Shown here: positions 51,036 to 61,502 of the stretch, in pieces
Layout of the letters: every line of letters starts with the position of its first letter
How positions within the stretch are numbered: position 1 is the first letter of the stretch
Assembly (NCBI GenBank): GCA_039679675.1
Contig: JBDKUN010000065.1
Coordinates: 1-64,000 of the forward strand
Direction of reading: 5' to 3'
Length of the DNA: 64,000 nucleotides
From: Armatimonadota bacterium
GTDB taxonomy: Bacteria > Armatimonadota > UBA5829 > DTLH01
Program-made: the position numbers and the translations under genes
The notes under the pieces: model-generated
Seen by the model: the letters and a program-made list of their open reading frames with translations, nothing else
Databases searched by the model: none
Told to the model about the DNA's origin: nothing

Positions 51036-53126
51036 CTACCCACGGAATATCGCTTTGAACTCCGATGCAAGATTATCTTTTATTTTTTCAAGAACAGCGT
51101 TGATTTCCTCGTCCTTAAGTGTACGTTCTTTCGATCTGAAAACTATTGAGAGTGTCAGACTCTGCTCATCCTCGCTCACATGCGGGCCGACATATACGTC
51201 CAGAAGGCTCACATCTTCAAGAATAGCCCCACCTGCTTCGATAACTGCTCTTCTGATGTCACCATAGGGCACATCCCGCTTCACAACGGCAGCAATATGC
51301 CTGTAAAGAGCCGGGAACTTCGGAAGATGTTCGTATACTATCTTCTCAGGAACAAGAGACTTCAGTTTCTCAACACTCAGTTCAAATATATACGGACGTC
51401 CCTTTATATCCAGCTCGTTTATGACTTCAGGAGCGACTTCACCGATGATACCTATCTCTGCATTACCGGCTGTAATCTTTGCGGCTCTGGTCGGGTGAAG
51501 CATAGGGTGCTCAGTGCGCTCGAACCTCACACCGGAAATCTTCAATCTGTCGAAGATATTCTCGACAACTCCCTTTATGAGATAAAAATCAGCCGCCATC
51601 GCTTCTTTATCCAGGTTCCAAGAGTTTGACCACTGATTTCCGACCATTGCACCTGCCACTGACAGCCACTCGGTCACAGCTTTGTCCTTTTCCAGCCAGC
51701 GATAGACTTTACCGATCTCGTAGATGCTCATATCACGGATCCCGTTCGCCTGGTTCCTCACGATGACCCGGAGCAGGTTCGGTGCAATCATTGTCCTCAT
51801 CCCCGCTGTTTCCCAACTGAGCTGGTTTCGCACGAAGATAGAGTTTTCCTGACCGGCGATTCTGATGCTGTTATGATCTATAAGGCTGTGTGTAAGGACT
51901 TCCTGCATCCCTGAGGACATAAGCGTCCGCCGCATTTCCTGCACGAAAAGCCCCATGTCGCTGTCTTTGCCCTGGAACGGCGCAGGCGGAAGAGTGCTGC
52001 CGATGCTCTCATAGCCATAAGCTCTCGCAATCTCTTCGATCACATCTGCCTCGAGCCGTATATCCGGCCTGAACGTCGGAACCGTTACGACAATATCTTC
52101 ATCTTCAAGAGTTGCAGGTATCTGGTACACTTCAAGGAATGACACCATTTCCTGGGCACTCAAAGAGGTGTCGAGCATTGCGTTTACCCGTTCAGGGCGG
52201 ACAGTAACCTTGAATATGTTATCTTTGGCAGGATACAGGTCTACAAGGCCTTCGGCTATTTCGCCGTCAGCCAGGTCCCGCATAAGCTCAGCGGCTCGTT
52301 TGGCTACCATGTCAGCTGTGCCGATATCCACCGAACGCTCAAACCGGTAACTGGACTCTGTTACGATACCGAGCTTCTTTGAAGTCCTTCTGATAGAGAC
52401 CGGATTAAAGTGCGCAGACTCTATGAGAATATTCTTCGTGTCGGGTTTTACCTCAGAATCAAAGCCGCCCATAATCCCTGCAAGCCCGACAGCGCGGTTT
52501 TTATCAGCAATAACGAGCATGTCAGAACCCAGCTCGCGCTCTTCACCGTCAAGAGTAGTCAGCTTCTCGCCGGCATTTGCGCGACGGACTATGATCTCTT
52601 TCCCCTCCAAGAGGCTGTAATCGAACGCATGCAGTGGTTGTCCCATCTCAAGCATCACATAGTTGGTGATATCCACTATGTTATTGATCGGCCTCATGCC
52701 TGCGCGGATCAGCCGGTTCTTCATCCAGGCTGGGGAATCCTTTACCGTCACATTGCGGACAACGACGCCGACATACCTGTCACAGAGGTCAGGATCTTTA
52801 ATAGTGATCTTTATCTCCGATGCGGATGAAGGCGGAACGCCTGAAGCTTCAGGCTGGGGTATTTTGACGGGGCTTTTGGTAAAAGCGGCGACTTCGCGGG
52901 CGACACCGATAAGCGACAGCCAGTCCCCTCGGTTCGGCGTGACTTTCGTAAGCATCACGCGGCTGTCCACAGCATCAGGCATGCCTCCTGCGTGGGAGAC
53001 CTCTTCACTTTCCATCGAAGAGATCTCCTCGACCTCAAGCCCGGCCATAGTAAGCTTATCAGCCAACTCCTCGACTGATCCGCCTGTCTCTACATATTCA
53101 TTAAGCCATTCAACTGGAACTCTCAT
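51036..53126 (-). CDS. pheT: Phenylalanine-tRNA ligase beta subunit (short form lacking the B2 OB domain)
   Basis: TPNRGD, INNIVDITNYVMLEMGQPLHAFD, SYRFER, RPDI..EE, FDX-ACB C-terminus. Confidence 0.96.
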   Translation of the reverse strand: MRVPVEWLNEYVETGGSVEELADKLTMAGLEVEEISSMESEEVSHAGGMPDAVDSRVMLTKVTPNRGDWLSLIGVAREVAAFTKSPVKIPQPEASGVPPSSASEIKITIKDPDLCDRYVGVVVRNVTVKDSPAWMKNRLIRAGMRPINNIVDITNYVMLEMGQPLHAFDYSLLEGKEIIVRRANAGEKLTTLDGEERELGSDMLVIADKNRAVGLAGIMGGFDSEVKPDTKNILIESAHFNPVSIRRTSKKLGIVTESSYRFERSVDIGTADMVAKRAAELMRDLADGEIAEGLVDLYPAKDNIFKVTVRPERVNAMLDTSLSAQEMVSFLEVYQIPATLEDEDIVVTVPTFRPDIRLEADVIEEIARAYGYESIGSTLPPAPFQGKDSDMGLFVQEMRRTLMSSGMQEVLTHSLIDHNSIRIAGQENSIFVRNQLSWETAGMRTMIAPNLLRVIVRNQANGIRDMSIYEIGKVYRWLEKDKAVTEWLSVAGAMVGNQWSNSWNLDKEAMAADFYLIKGVVENIFDRLKISGVRFERTEHPMLHPTRAAKITAGNAEIGIIGEVAPEVINELDIKGRPYIFELSVEKLKSLVPEKIVYEHLPKFPALYRHIAAVVKRDVPYGDIRRAVIEAGGAILEDVSLLDVYVGPHVSEDEQSLTLSIVFRSKERTLKDEEINAVLEKIKDNLASEFKAIFRG

Positions 53127-53172
53127 ATTGCCTCAAAATGGAAAGTATAGCCTTCCATCAAACTTCTCACTT

Positions 53173-54189
53173 CTAAAACTGGGCCAGGAACCTGAGATCG
53201 TCCTCCATAAACAGGCGGAGATCGTCTATCTGGTGTTCGATCATAGGCATCCGGTCTATCCCAAGCCCGAATGCAAACCCACTGTATATCTTCGGGTCCA
53301 TTCCACTGTTTGCCAACTCGTTAGGATGGATCATTCCGGCTCCGCCGAGCTCCAGCCACCTGCCGCCGCCGATACTGACGGCAATCTCCGCCCCAGGTTC
53401 GACAAATGGGAAGAAATCCGGTCTGAACCTGGTTTTGGCATCCGGGCCGAACATCTCGCGGCAGAAATGGTCCAGCGTCCCTTTCAGGTCGGCGAAGGTA
53501 ATGTTTTTACCTACTGTAAAGCAATCGACCTGATGGAACGTGTGGCCGTGCGTTGCATCGACAGCTTCATAACGATAGCATTTGCCCATCGTGCATATTC
53601 TGAACGGGGGTTTTCTCTTCTCATACACCCGCTTGTGCGAAGCAGTGGTCTGAGTACGGAGAAGATAGGTGCTGCGCACATCGTGAGTATCCCTGTCGGT
53701 GACATAGAACGACATCTGCTCATCCATCGCTGGATGCTCTTCGGGATAATTCAGTGCTTCGAAGTTATAATGGTATGACTCGATCTCCGGGCTTTCTACG
53801 ACCTCGTAGCCCATTCCGATGAAGATACTTTTGATCCGAGCCATCGTCTCGACGAGGATATGCGGTTTTCCGGTCTTGTATAACCTTCCAGGCAGTGTAA
53901 CATCAATCGATTCTGCTTGTATACGGCGTTCTGTCTCTTCTGAGGCAAGCCTTGTCCGGCGTTCGGATATTACTGCCTCCAGTTCGGACTTTGCCTCGTT
54001 AACGCAGCTTCCAAACAGAGGCCGCTGTTCCGCCGGAAGCTCTCCGACGGTCCTCAGAAGCTGAGTCAGCCTGCCTTTTCGACCAAGGTACTCGACCTCA
54101 ATCTCATCCAGCTCTTTAGTAGCCTTCGCAGTCTCTATTCGCCCGGATGACTCCTTCACAAGATCGGTTATCGTGTTGAATTCAATCAT
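53173..54189 (-). CDS. pheS: Phenylalanine-tRNA ligase alpha subunit
   Basis: IDVTLPG, NFEALN, FHQV, FFPFVEP, GFAFGLG, DDLRFLAQF. Confidence 0.96.
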   Translation of the reverse strand: MIEFNTITDLVKESSGRIETAKATKELDEIEVEYLGRKGRLTQLLRTVGELPAEQRPLFGSCVNEAKSELEAVISERRTRLASEETERRIQAESIDVTLPGRLYKTGKPHILVETMARIKSIFIGMGYEVVESPEIESYHYNFEALNYPEEHPAMDEQMSFYVTDRDTHDVRSTYLLRTQTTASHKRVYEKRKPPFRICTMGKCYRYEAVDATHGHTFHQVDCFTVGKNITFADLKGTLDHFCREMFGPDAKTRFRPDFFPFVEPGAEIAVSIGGGRWLELGGAGMIHPNELANSGMDPKIYSGFAFGLGIDRMPMIEHQIDDLRLFMEDDLRFLAQF

Positions 54190-54438
54190 ATTACTCCCAA
54201 CACAACAATCAGAAGGGTGTTGTAAGTCCCATGCGGGACTCTCCCATAGATTTTCAGATGTCACGAGAACTATCAGATAAACCTATAATATAAAAACCCA
54301 ACGACCAATGACCAAAACAACAGTCCTACCTTGAATCATTCCAATGCTCCTGGTAGATCAACTGCTTCGGTTATTGTACGTTGGGCGATAAATTTTAATG
54401 CGGGTCTATCGGGGTTATTCCCCGTGACCCATCTCATC

Positions 54439-54798
54439 TTATGCTGATACCTGGGCTCTCGCCTGTTCTACAAGCTGAGAAAATGCCTTGGCATCATTGA
54501 TAGCCATCTCAGAAAGCATCTTTCTATCCAGTTCTACACCTGCTTTAGAAAGTCCTTCTATAAATCGGCCATATGTCAGGCCTTGCTCTCTGCATGCGGC
54601 ATTGATTCTTGCGATCCACAGTCTGCGGAACTCCCGCTTCTTGTTTCGCCTGTCACGATAAGCATACTGCATGGAGTGCATGACTGCTTCTTTAGCTGTC
54701 TTGAACAGCCTGCTTCGTCCACCCCAGTAGCCTTTCGCTCTTTCCAGCACCTTCTTATGGCGCTTATGCGTCATTGTGCCGCGTTTCACGCGTGGCAT
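54439..54798 (-). CDS. rplT: 50S ribosomal protein L20
   Basis: [24 protein letters not shown]. Confidence 0.99.
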   Translation of the reverse strand: MPRVKRGTMTHKRHKKVLERAKGYWGGRSRLFKTAKEAVMHSMQYAYRDRRNKKREFRRLWIARINAACREQGLTYGRFIEGLSKAGVELDRKMLSEMAINDAKAFSQLVEQARAQVSA

Positions 54799-54876
54799 GT
54801 ATCCGTTCTCCTAACTTAGAGTTATTAATAAACTCAAAACTTTGTATTTACGTAAGAGTTCACACTCTACAACAAC

Positions 54877-54938
54877 ATCACCCTGAAATAATTCAGGGCC
54901 CATCCCTCTCCTGGGTTCCGAATCAAGTTCGGAATGAC
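54877..54938. repeat. Intergenic REP-like double-hairpin element between rpmI and rplT
   Basis: CCCTGAA-ATAA-TTCAGGG and TTCCGAA-TCAAG-TTCGGAA hairpins; a 14-bp match CGAACTTGATTCGG also occurs at 17854-17867. Confidence 0.6.
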
Positions 54939-54971
54939 ATTACGACGGTTCGGGATGATGTAAAACACCTT

Positions 54972-55169
54972 TTAGGTTCCGGGCATCATCCTTTTGATCT
55001 TCTTGAGATCACCTTTTGTGACCGCGGTCTCTAACTCAAGCCGACGCTCACGTGAGGATGATTTCTTCATCATAAGGTGGTTCATTCTAGCATGTCCGTG
55101 AAGGATTTTTCCACCCGCACTAATCTTGAACCGCTTTGCGGCGGTCTTCCTCGTCTTAATCTTAGGCAC
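54972..55169 (-). CDS. rpmI: 50S ribosomal protein L35
   Basis: PKIKTRKTAAKRFK..HLMMKKS. Confidence 0.98.
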   Translation of the reverse strand: MPKIKTRKTAAKRFKISAGGKILHGHARMNHLMMKKSSSRERRLELETAVTKGDLKKIKRMMPGT

Positions 55170-55198
55170 GTTTTACCTCACATCAAATAAAAGTCAGC

Positions 55199-55717
55199 TT
55201 ATACAGCCGACTTTGGGCTAAGTATCATCGTCATCGTCCGGCCTTCCATGGAAGGCGCTTTCTCTACTACAGCGATCTCCTGCGATTCCTCGGCGATCCG
55301 CTGAAGCGACTTTTTGGCGAACTCAGGATGAGTAATTTCCCTACTCCTGAAGATGACAGTAAATTTGACCTTGTCACCTTCTTTGAGAAACTTCAGTGCA
55401 TTTTTAAGTTTGAACTGGAAATCATGCTCATCAATCCCCGGCCTCATTCGGATACTCTTGACTTCCGAGGCTTTCTGCTTCTTGTGAGCTTCCCGTTCAC
55501 GCTTTCCCTGTTCATACTTCCACTTCCCGTAATCCATTATGCGGCATACGGGTGGGTTAGCTGTTGGTGCAACCTCAATCAGGTCTAATCCCTTTTCCCG
55601 TGCAAGCTCAATGGCCTGTCTGAAAGGCACGACGCCGACTTGCGCCCCTGCGTCATCGATTAACCTGACTTCCCGGGCACGGATCCTCTCGTTTACCCTG
55701 AAATCTCCTCTGCTTAT
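55199..55717 (-). CDS. infC: Translation initiation factor IF-3 (non-canonical ATA start)
   Basis: In-frame extension ISRGDFRVNERIRAREVRLID from ATA at 55717 with a GAGGTG RBS; PPVCRIMDYGK, GDKVK. Confidence 0.95.
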   Translation of the reverse strand: MSRGDFRVNERIRAREVRLIDDAGAQVGVVPFRQAIELAREKGLDLIEVAPTANPPVCRIMDYGKWKYEQGKREREAHKKQKASEVKSIRMRPGIDEHDFQFKLKNALKFLKEGDKVKFTVIFRSREITHPEFAKKSLQRIAEESQEIAVVEKAPSMEGRTMTMILSPKSAV

Positions 55718-55795
55718 AGTCGTCTCACCTCAAGTTCGGCTGAAGCACTATAAGTGCTCTTCCTGCCGGATTTTCCCTGTTAGTATAACTGACCA

Positions 55796-57517
55796 TCAAG
55801 AAGCTGTCAACTCCCCTGTAAGGTCCATTATAAATTTATCTACCGGTTTTGCACCGATATCACCTTTGTCGCGGGAGCGGACGGACACCTGGTCCTCTGC
55901 TATCTCTCTGTCACCTACTATCAGCATATATGGTATCTTCTGAAGCTGTGCTTCTCGAATCTTATACCCCGTCTTTTCGTTTCGTGTATCGACCGTTGCT
56001 CTGAAACCTTTTTCGGCAAGCCGGGCAGCCACTTTATGAGCATACTCCTGATGCCTGTCTGCAATCGGAAGGAGTATTGCCTGCACCGGAGCAAGCCAGA
56101 GCGGGAATGCACCGGCATAATGCTCGACCAGCACGCCGAAGAACCTTTCAATCGATCCCAGAAGCGCTCTGTGGATCATTATCGGGCGGTGCGCCTTGCC
56201 GTCTTCACCGATGTACTCGATGTTGAACCGTTCAGGCTCATTGAAATCGACCTGAATGGTGCTGCACTGATGTTCCCTGCCGAGTGCGTCTTTAATCTTG
56301 ACGTCGATCTTCGGGCCGTAGAACGCGCCGCCGCCCTCATCGACCTTGTACTCAAGCCCTTTGTGTTCCAGAGCCTTCTTAAGAGCATCCGTAGCTTCAG
56401 CCCAGCTCTCCAGCGTCCCGACATACTTGTCTTCAGGCCGTGTCGAGAGGTATATGCCGTACTCATGGAACCCGAAATGGCCCAATATGTCGATTACGAA
56501 GTCCAGAAGACTGATTATCTCGTCGTCGAGCTGATCCGGCGTGCAGAAAATGTGCGCATCATCCTGTGTAAAGCCGCGCACTCTCATCAGGCCATGCAGC
56601 GTACCGGAGCGCTCGAACCGGTATACAGTTCCAAGCTCTGCCCATCTGATCGGAAGCTCTCTGTAGCTCCTTAATCTTGTTTTATAAATGGCAAGATGGA
56701 ACGGGCAGTTCATCGGCTTGATTCTGTAAGGAGCGCCTTCGACTTCCATCGGGCCGTACATGCTCTCGGAGTAGAAATCGAGGTGTCCGCTCGTCACCCA
56801 TAGGTCCTGGCGCGCGATATGCGGAGTCTGCACTAGCTCGTAGCCGCCTTTAAGGTGAGCATCCCGCCAGTAGTCTTCCATTATCTTCCGCATCAGTGCG
56901 CCCTTCGGATGCCAAAGCACGAGCCCTGGGCCTACTTCTTCATCGAACGAGAAAAGCTCAAGTTCTTTCCCCAGTTTCCTGTGGTCGCGCTTCTCTGCCT
57001 CTTCGAGCCGATGCAGATGTTCGTCCAACTCAGCCTTTGTAGGCCACGCTGTCGCGTAAATCCGCTGAAGCATCGGGTTCTTCTCGTCACCGCGCCAGTA
57101 TGCACCGGCGATAGAAAGAATCTTGAACGCGCCGATCTTACCTGTGCTCTCGACGTGCGGGCCGCGGCACCAGTCTACGAAGCCGTTTTCCTCATATATG
57201 GTCGATGTCTCGTCCTCATTCTCTCGGATCAGCTCCAATTTGTAAGGCTGGTCGGCAAAAATCTTCTCAGCCTCAGGCTTCGTTACTTCCTTACGGACAA
57301 ACTTATTGTCGGCCTTCACGATTTTTGCCATCTCGGCTTCGATCTTTTCGATGTCTTCCGGCACGAACGGCTCCGGCTTGTCGAAATCGTAATAAAAGCC
57401 GTCCTCAATAGGTGGCCCAATTGCAATTTTCACCTCAGGGAACAGGTTCTTCACTGCGTGCGCCATAACGTGCGCCGCAGAATGCCGCATCATTTCAAGA
57501 GCATCTGTCTTTTCCAT
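55796..57517 (-). CDS. thrS: Threonine-tRNA ligase (lacks the N-terminal TGS domain)
   Basis: RHSAAH, CRGPH, RDHRKLG, KPMNCP, AFYGPKID, IHRA. Confidence 0.98.
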   Translation of the reverse strand: MEKTDALEMMRHSAAHVMAHAVKNLFPEVKIAIGPPIEDGFYYDFDKPEPFVPEDIEKIEAEMAKIVKADNKFVRKEVTKPEAEKIFADQPYKLELIRENEDETSTIYEENGFVDWCRGPHVESTGKIGAFKILSIAGAYWRGDEKNPMLQRIYATAWPTKAELDEHLHRLEEAEKRDHRKLGKELELFSFDEEVGPGLVLWHPKGALMRKIMEDYWRDAHLKGGYELVQTPHIARQDLWVTSGHLDFYSESMYGPMEVEGAPYRIKPMNCPFHLAIYKTRLRSYRELPIRWAELGTVYRFERSGTLHGLMRVRGFTQDDAHIFCTPDQLDDEIISLLDFVIDILGHFGFHEYGIYLSTRPEDKYVGTLESWAEATDALKKALEHKGLEYKVDEGGGAFYGPKIDVKIKDALGREHQCSTIQVDFNEPERFNIEYIGEDGKAHRPIMIHRALLGSIERFFGVLVEHYAGAFPLWLAPVQAILLPIADRHQEYAHKVAARLAEKGFRATVDTRNEKTGYKIREAQLQKIPYMLIVGDREIAEDQVSVRSRDKGDIGAKPVDKFIMDLTGELTAS

Positions 57518-57521
57518 AAAA

Positions 57522-58511
57522 TCATCTATCTCCAAAACCATCGGGGTGGTTTTTATGCCACTGCCAGGCGGTCTCAATTATCGTTCTCAGTTCCGCGTAC
57601 TCAGGTCTCCATCCAAGCTGCTTTTTGATCTTATCAGAGCTTGCCACAAGCCTTGCGGGGTCCCCTGCCCTTCTTGGAGCATCGACCGCTGCTATTTTCT
57701 TTCCGGTAACTTCCTCTGCAACGGTAATTACCTCTTTGACGGAATAACCGCTCCCATTACCCATATTATATACGTCGCTTGAGGCACCGGATTCCAGCGC
57801 TTCGAGCGCCAAAAGGTGCGCTTGGGCAAGATCGGTCACATGTACATAGTCCCTTATGCATGTGCCGTCCGGCGTTGGCCAGTCCGTGCCGAATATTGCT
57901 ATATTATCGCGTTTACCGAGGGCTACGTCCAGCACAAGCGGTATCAGATGGTGTTCCGGCTTATGGTCTTCTCCTATCGCGCCCGATGGGTCAGCCCCTG
58001 AAGCATTAAAGTATCTTAAGGCTGTCCACTTGAGTCCGTATGCATGATCATATTCGGTTAAAATATGCTCCAGCATAAGCTTCGATCTGCCGTAAGGGTT
58101 TGTCGGGTTCTTTGGGTGGTCTTCAGGGATAGGCACTGCCTCCGGTTCACCGAAGACTGCTGCTGTCGAGGAGAAAATCATCCTCTTGACTCCGGCTGCG
58201 AGCATCTCCTGAACCAGAGTAATGCTGTTCTGAATATTATTAATGTAGTATTTCTGAGGGTCCTTGACCGATTCGCCTACGTCAGCAAACGCTGCAAAAT
58301 GCATTACGGCATCGATCGGATATTTTGCAAAGACTTTTTTCAGGAGCCCGGCATCGCCGATGCTTCCGATAACGGTTTCACTTCCGCTCGACGCTTTGGT
58401 ATGCCCGAATGACAAATCATCGAGGCAGACTACCTGCCTGCCATGGCCCATCAGATGCTTGACAGCATGAGAGCCCACATATCCCAGCCCGCCGGTTACA
58501 AGAATCGCCAT
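57522..58511 (-). CDS. galE: UDP-glucose 4-epimerase
   Basis: TGGLGYVGSH, HFAA, FSSTAA, YGRSK, LRYFN, DGTCIRDYVHV. Confidence 0.95.
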   Translation of the reverse strand: MAILVTGGLGYVGSHAVKHLMGHGRQVVCLDDLSFGHTKASSGSETVIGSIGDAGLLKKVFAKYPIDAVMHFAAFADVGESVKDPQKYYINNIQNSITLVQEMLAAGVKRMIFSSTAAVFGEPEAVPIPEDHPKNPTNPYGRSKLMLEHILTEYDHAYGLKWTALRYFNASGADPSGAIGEDHKPEHHLIPLVLDVALGKRDNIAIFGTDWPTPDGTCIRDYVHVTDLAQAHLLALEALESGASSDVYNMGNGSGYSVKEVITVAEEVTGKKIAAVDAPRRAGDPARLVASSDKIKKQLGWRPEYAELRTIIETAWQWHKNHPDGFGDR

Positions 58512-58873
58512 AGGTTCCCCCTGTGATACCCTGTACAAACTTTAAACTGGTAAAGCGTTGCTCTACCAGTCAATACTCAAAGATGCTTGTTCCACAGTCT
58601 TGGAAATAATAAAACCGACTGTTACTTCCAGCACTCCGACAGGCACTAATATACCACTTTCTCTCATATATTGGCAATAATTCGGTTAGCACAACGATCA
58701 AACAACCACCAGACACAACCATATCCGGCCACGCATTTACCTCATTACAGATAACTTTATCTCTATAATTTACTCCTTGTCCCACATTGCCTATTGCAGA
58801 GTTAAATATACATGATATATTGTAGTAAGCGAGCATTCTGTAAACTATTATACTACGACTAAAGAGGTTGATT

Positions 58874-59560
58874 ATGAAAATATCAAATGTTTCAATCATG
58901 ATTGCGCTGATATGCGTTATGTCGTGCTCCACGGCATTGTTTGCACAGACCCGAACCACGCCTGTAGAGGTGCAAAACACGCCCAATGTGAAAGTAGATC
59001 CGAGCGGAAACACCGTAAAAATAGACAATACAGGCAATACCGTGCAGGTAAGCGGCACACCGAATGTAAATGTGACGAATACACCTAATGTGAATGTAGG
59101 GACCCTGCCAGCAGTGAAGGTCGATCCTAACCAGAACACTATTAGGATCGATTCCACACAAAACACGGTAAAAGCACCTACGATGAGCAACCAGTTGGTA
59201 TTATGGACCAGCCAAGCCTTGCCACATGGCAGTACTATATCTTCCGGCATATTAAGCTGCACCGGATACAAAGAGCTGAGGATAGTAGCGACGCTTCCTT
59301 CAGCAGTGAATGATGCCGGAAACATTCAGATCAATGTCCGGTTTCAGATGCCGAACACCGGTGGTTATTACCTGATGGGAAAAGGCAGCTTCGCTACGCC
59401 AACTACTCCGCTGATACCTTATGCCAATTTCACGCAGTCCGGTGGAATGGCGCTTATGATTGTTCCTATTATGAGCAATAATGTAATGATCGAAATAGTG
59501 AATAACACAACTGCCACTGATACAACCGTCAGCGCAGCATGGGTGTACATGGTCAACTAA
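58874..59560 (+). CDS. Secreted hypothetical protein with V-x-N-T-P-N-V repeats
   Basis: GAGGT RBS, signal peptide, repeated NTPNV/NTVK motifs. Confidence 0.75.
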   Translation: MKISNVSIMIALICVMSCSTALFAQTRTTPVEVQNTPNVKVDPSGNTVKIDNTGNTVQVSGTPNVNVTNTPNVNVGTLPAVKVDPNQNTIRIDSTQNTVKAPTMSNQLVLWTSQALPHGSTISSGILSCTGYKELRIVATLPSAVNDAGNIQINVRFQMPNTGGYYLMGKGSFATPTTPLIPYANFTQSGGMALMIVPIMSNNVMIEIVNNTTATDTTVSAAWVYMVN

Positions 59561-59586
59561 TCCGCTTCAACCGGGAGAAATCGGTT

Positions 59587-60825
59587 ATGAGAATATTTAT
59601 TTGTGTATTTGCGGCGTTATGCCTGCTTACGACTGCATCTACCTTACAGGCTGCGACGGCATATACCGATGCTGATTCATTTACCGCGGCTGTTGCGGAA
59701 CAAGGTCTCAATTTTGTGCTTTGTTTTGATTCGCAGGCTTCGGGGTCAAGTGCCACCAGCTTCGGCATGCTGAAGCTAACTGCAGACGGGCTTCAGTCCA
59801 ATGGCTCAACCCGGATTACAGTTCAGCCTGTTATCACCAATACATATAGTACGACAAGCGGTCAGAATGCGATTGGAGGGTCAGGCTCCAGGGAACAGTT
59901 CCTTGCGGGAAATGGAGACAAGATTGTTTTCAATCTTTCGCACCCAGTGCACGCATTCGGATTACGACTGATCGGCAACCCCAGCCCGACTGGGACTCCT
60001 GCCATACCGTTCTGGCGGATGCACGCGAATGCAGGCTCCGGTTTCGACGTCCTGAGCGCAACAGAACCATTTCAGATACTTAACAAAGGCAATGATGTAT
60101 ATTTTCTGGGAATAATCTCAAAAGAAGCTTTTGACCAGGTGGAATTGTGCTCTGACAATGACCCGACAGCCATATTCAGCTTCAATGTGGATGATATAGT
60201 GGTGGCTGCGGATGTCAAAGTGCTCAATCTGGCTCAGGTAAAATCAGCCGAGCCTCAGGCAGTAGTGATACCGGGTGCAGTGGTTACGCGAGTCCATTCC
60301 GACAGGTTCAACGTGGAAACACAGGACCGTGCCTGCGGGCTGGCTGTAATGGGAAGCGGCACTACGAGGGGTAAGGAAGTGTCCGTCTTTGGCGAACTGC
60401 TGTGCAATGCTGATGGCGAGCGCGTCTTGAACCTGATACACCTGATAGACGAATGCGACCCTGAACCCGGCATTCCAGCTCCGCTTGGAATGACCAATCG
60501 GTCGGTCGGAGGAGGGTCGCCCGCAGGTTTTCAGATCGGATGCGACGGTGGCACAGGGCTCAATAATATCGGGCTGGATGTGACAATCTGGGGCGAAATT
60601 ACCGATATTGCATCCGATTTCACCTGGATGATTATTGACGACGGCTCACACCGTGATAATGGGACAGCACATTTGGGCATCAAAGTTGTCGGGAGTATAA
60701 ACGCGCGGTCAAGGCAGGTCGGAGACCGCATAAAAGTTCAGGGCTCATCGTCTATCTTTAAGTCCGGGACAAAATACTATCCGGTAATAAAGGCAGCTCA
60801 GCCTTCCGATATTACCGGCATTTAG
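59587..60825 (+). CDS. Secreted hypothetical protein with C-terminal OB-like domains
   Basis: Signal peptide; PLGMTNRSVGG..GLNNIGLDVTIWG..IIDDGS. Confidence 0.78.
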   Translation: MRIFICVFAALCLLTTASTLQAATAYTDADSFTAAVAEQGLNFVLCFDSQASGSSATSFGMLKLTADGLQSNGSTRITVQPVITNTYSTTSGQNAIGGSGSREQFLAGNGDKIVFNLSHPVHAFGLRLIGNPSPTGTPAIPFWRMHANAGSGFDVLSATEPFQILNKGNDVYFLGIISKEAFDQVELCSDNDPTAIFSFNVDDIVVAADVKVLNLAQVKSAEPQAVVIPGAVVTRVHSDRFNVETQDRACGLAVMGSGTTRGKEVSVFGELLCNADGERVLNLIHLIDECDPEPGIPAPLGMTNRSVGGGSPAGFQIGCDGGTGLNNIGLDVTIWGEITDIASDFTWMIIDDGSHRDNGTAHLGIKVVGSINARSRQVGDRIKVQGSSSIFKSGTKYYPVIKAAQPSDITGI

Positions 60826-61502
60826 CATATATGCGAGGACAGAGCCTCCATCAACTGGACGATCTTCGATTCATCCTTTCGTCCGGGAGCTGTCTCGGCG
60901 CCTGTCAGAACATCCACACCGAAAGGGTTTGTCGCGGCGGCGATGGAGGCGATGTTATCGGGATTTAGGCCTCCAGCCAGAATGACCGGGACTTCGCTCT
61001 CCCGCTGCACAGTCTTGAATGTGGAAAGATCGACAACTATACCTGAACCGCCGGGTCGGGCCTCAGTATATGAGTCCACAACGATTGCGGCTATCTCCGT
61101 TCGGGAAAGTTCACGGGCAGCGAGGACAGGGTCGGTGATCTCAAAATCACAATTGCCGCTCTTATCGAACCGCAGAGCCTTGATCGTCCTGATGCCTAGC
61201 GCACTCAACTCCTTTGCCGTCCGCCGCACGTCCGCCAGCGTTTCCCTGTAATGCAGCTGAACAATTCTCGGGCGCAACTCATCAGCCAGAGCCAAAACCT
61301 TGTTCACCGGACCGCCTGTAACTATGCAGGCTTCTGCGGGAGCTGAGACCAGGCTGATAAGCTCTTTTGCTTCACTTGCAGTCAGGTTCCACGGCACCGG
61401 CTGCGGGTATTCCACGACGAACCCCACCATGTCCGCACCCGCCTTCACGCATATATCGACATCCTTTTTGTTCATCAAGCCGCAGATTTTGACCTTTATC
61501 AT
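60822..61502 (-). CDS. trpF: Phosphoribosylanthranilate isomerase
   Basis: VKICGL, VQLH, GGSG, LAGGLNPDN, GVDV. Confidence 0.92.
   Translation of the reverse strand: MIKVKICGLMNKKDVDICVKAGADMVGFVVEYPQPVPWNLTASEAKELISLVSAPAEACIVTGGPVNKVLALADELRPRIVQLHYRETLADVRRTAKELSALGIRTIKALRFDKSGNCDFEITDPVLAARELSRTEIAAIVVDSYTEARPGGSGIVVDLSTFKTVQRESEVPVILAGGLNPDNIASIAAATNPFGVDVLTGAETAPGRKDESKIVQLMEALSSHIC

Noticed and set aside
54190..54438. T-box riboswitch upstream of pheS (and thrS)
   Set aside because: No GGTGGNACCGCG T-box motif found; thrS directly abuts galE.
55720..55795. L20 leader RNA upstream of infC
   Set aside because: A hairpin is present, but I cannot match it confidently to the family without a covariance search.
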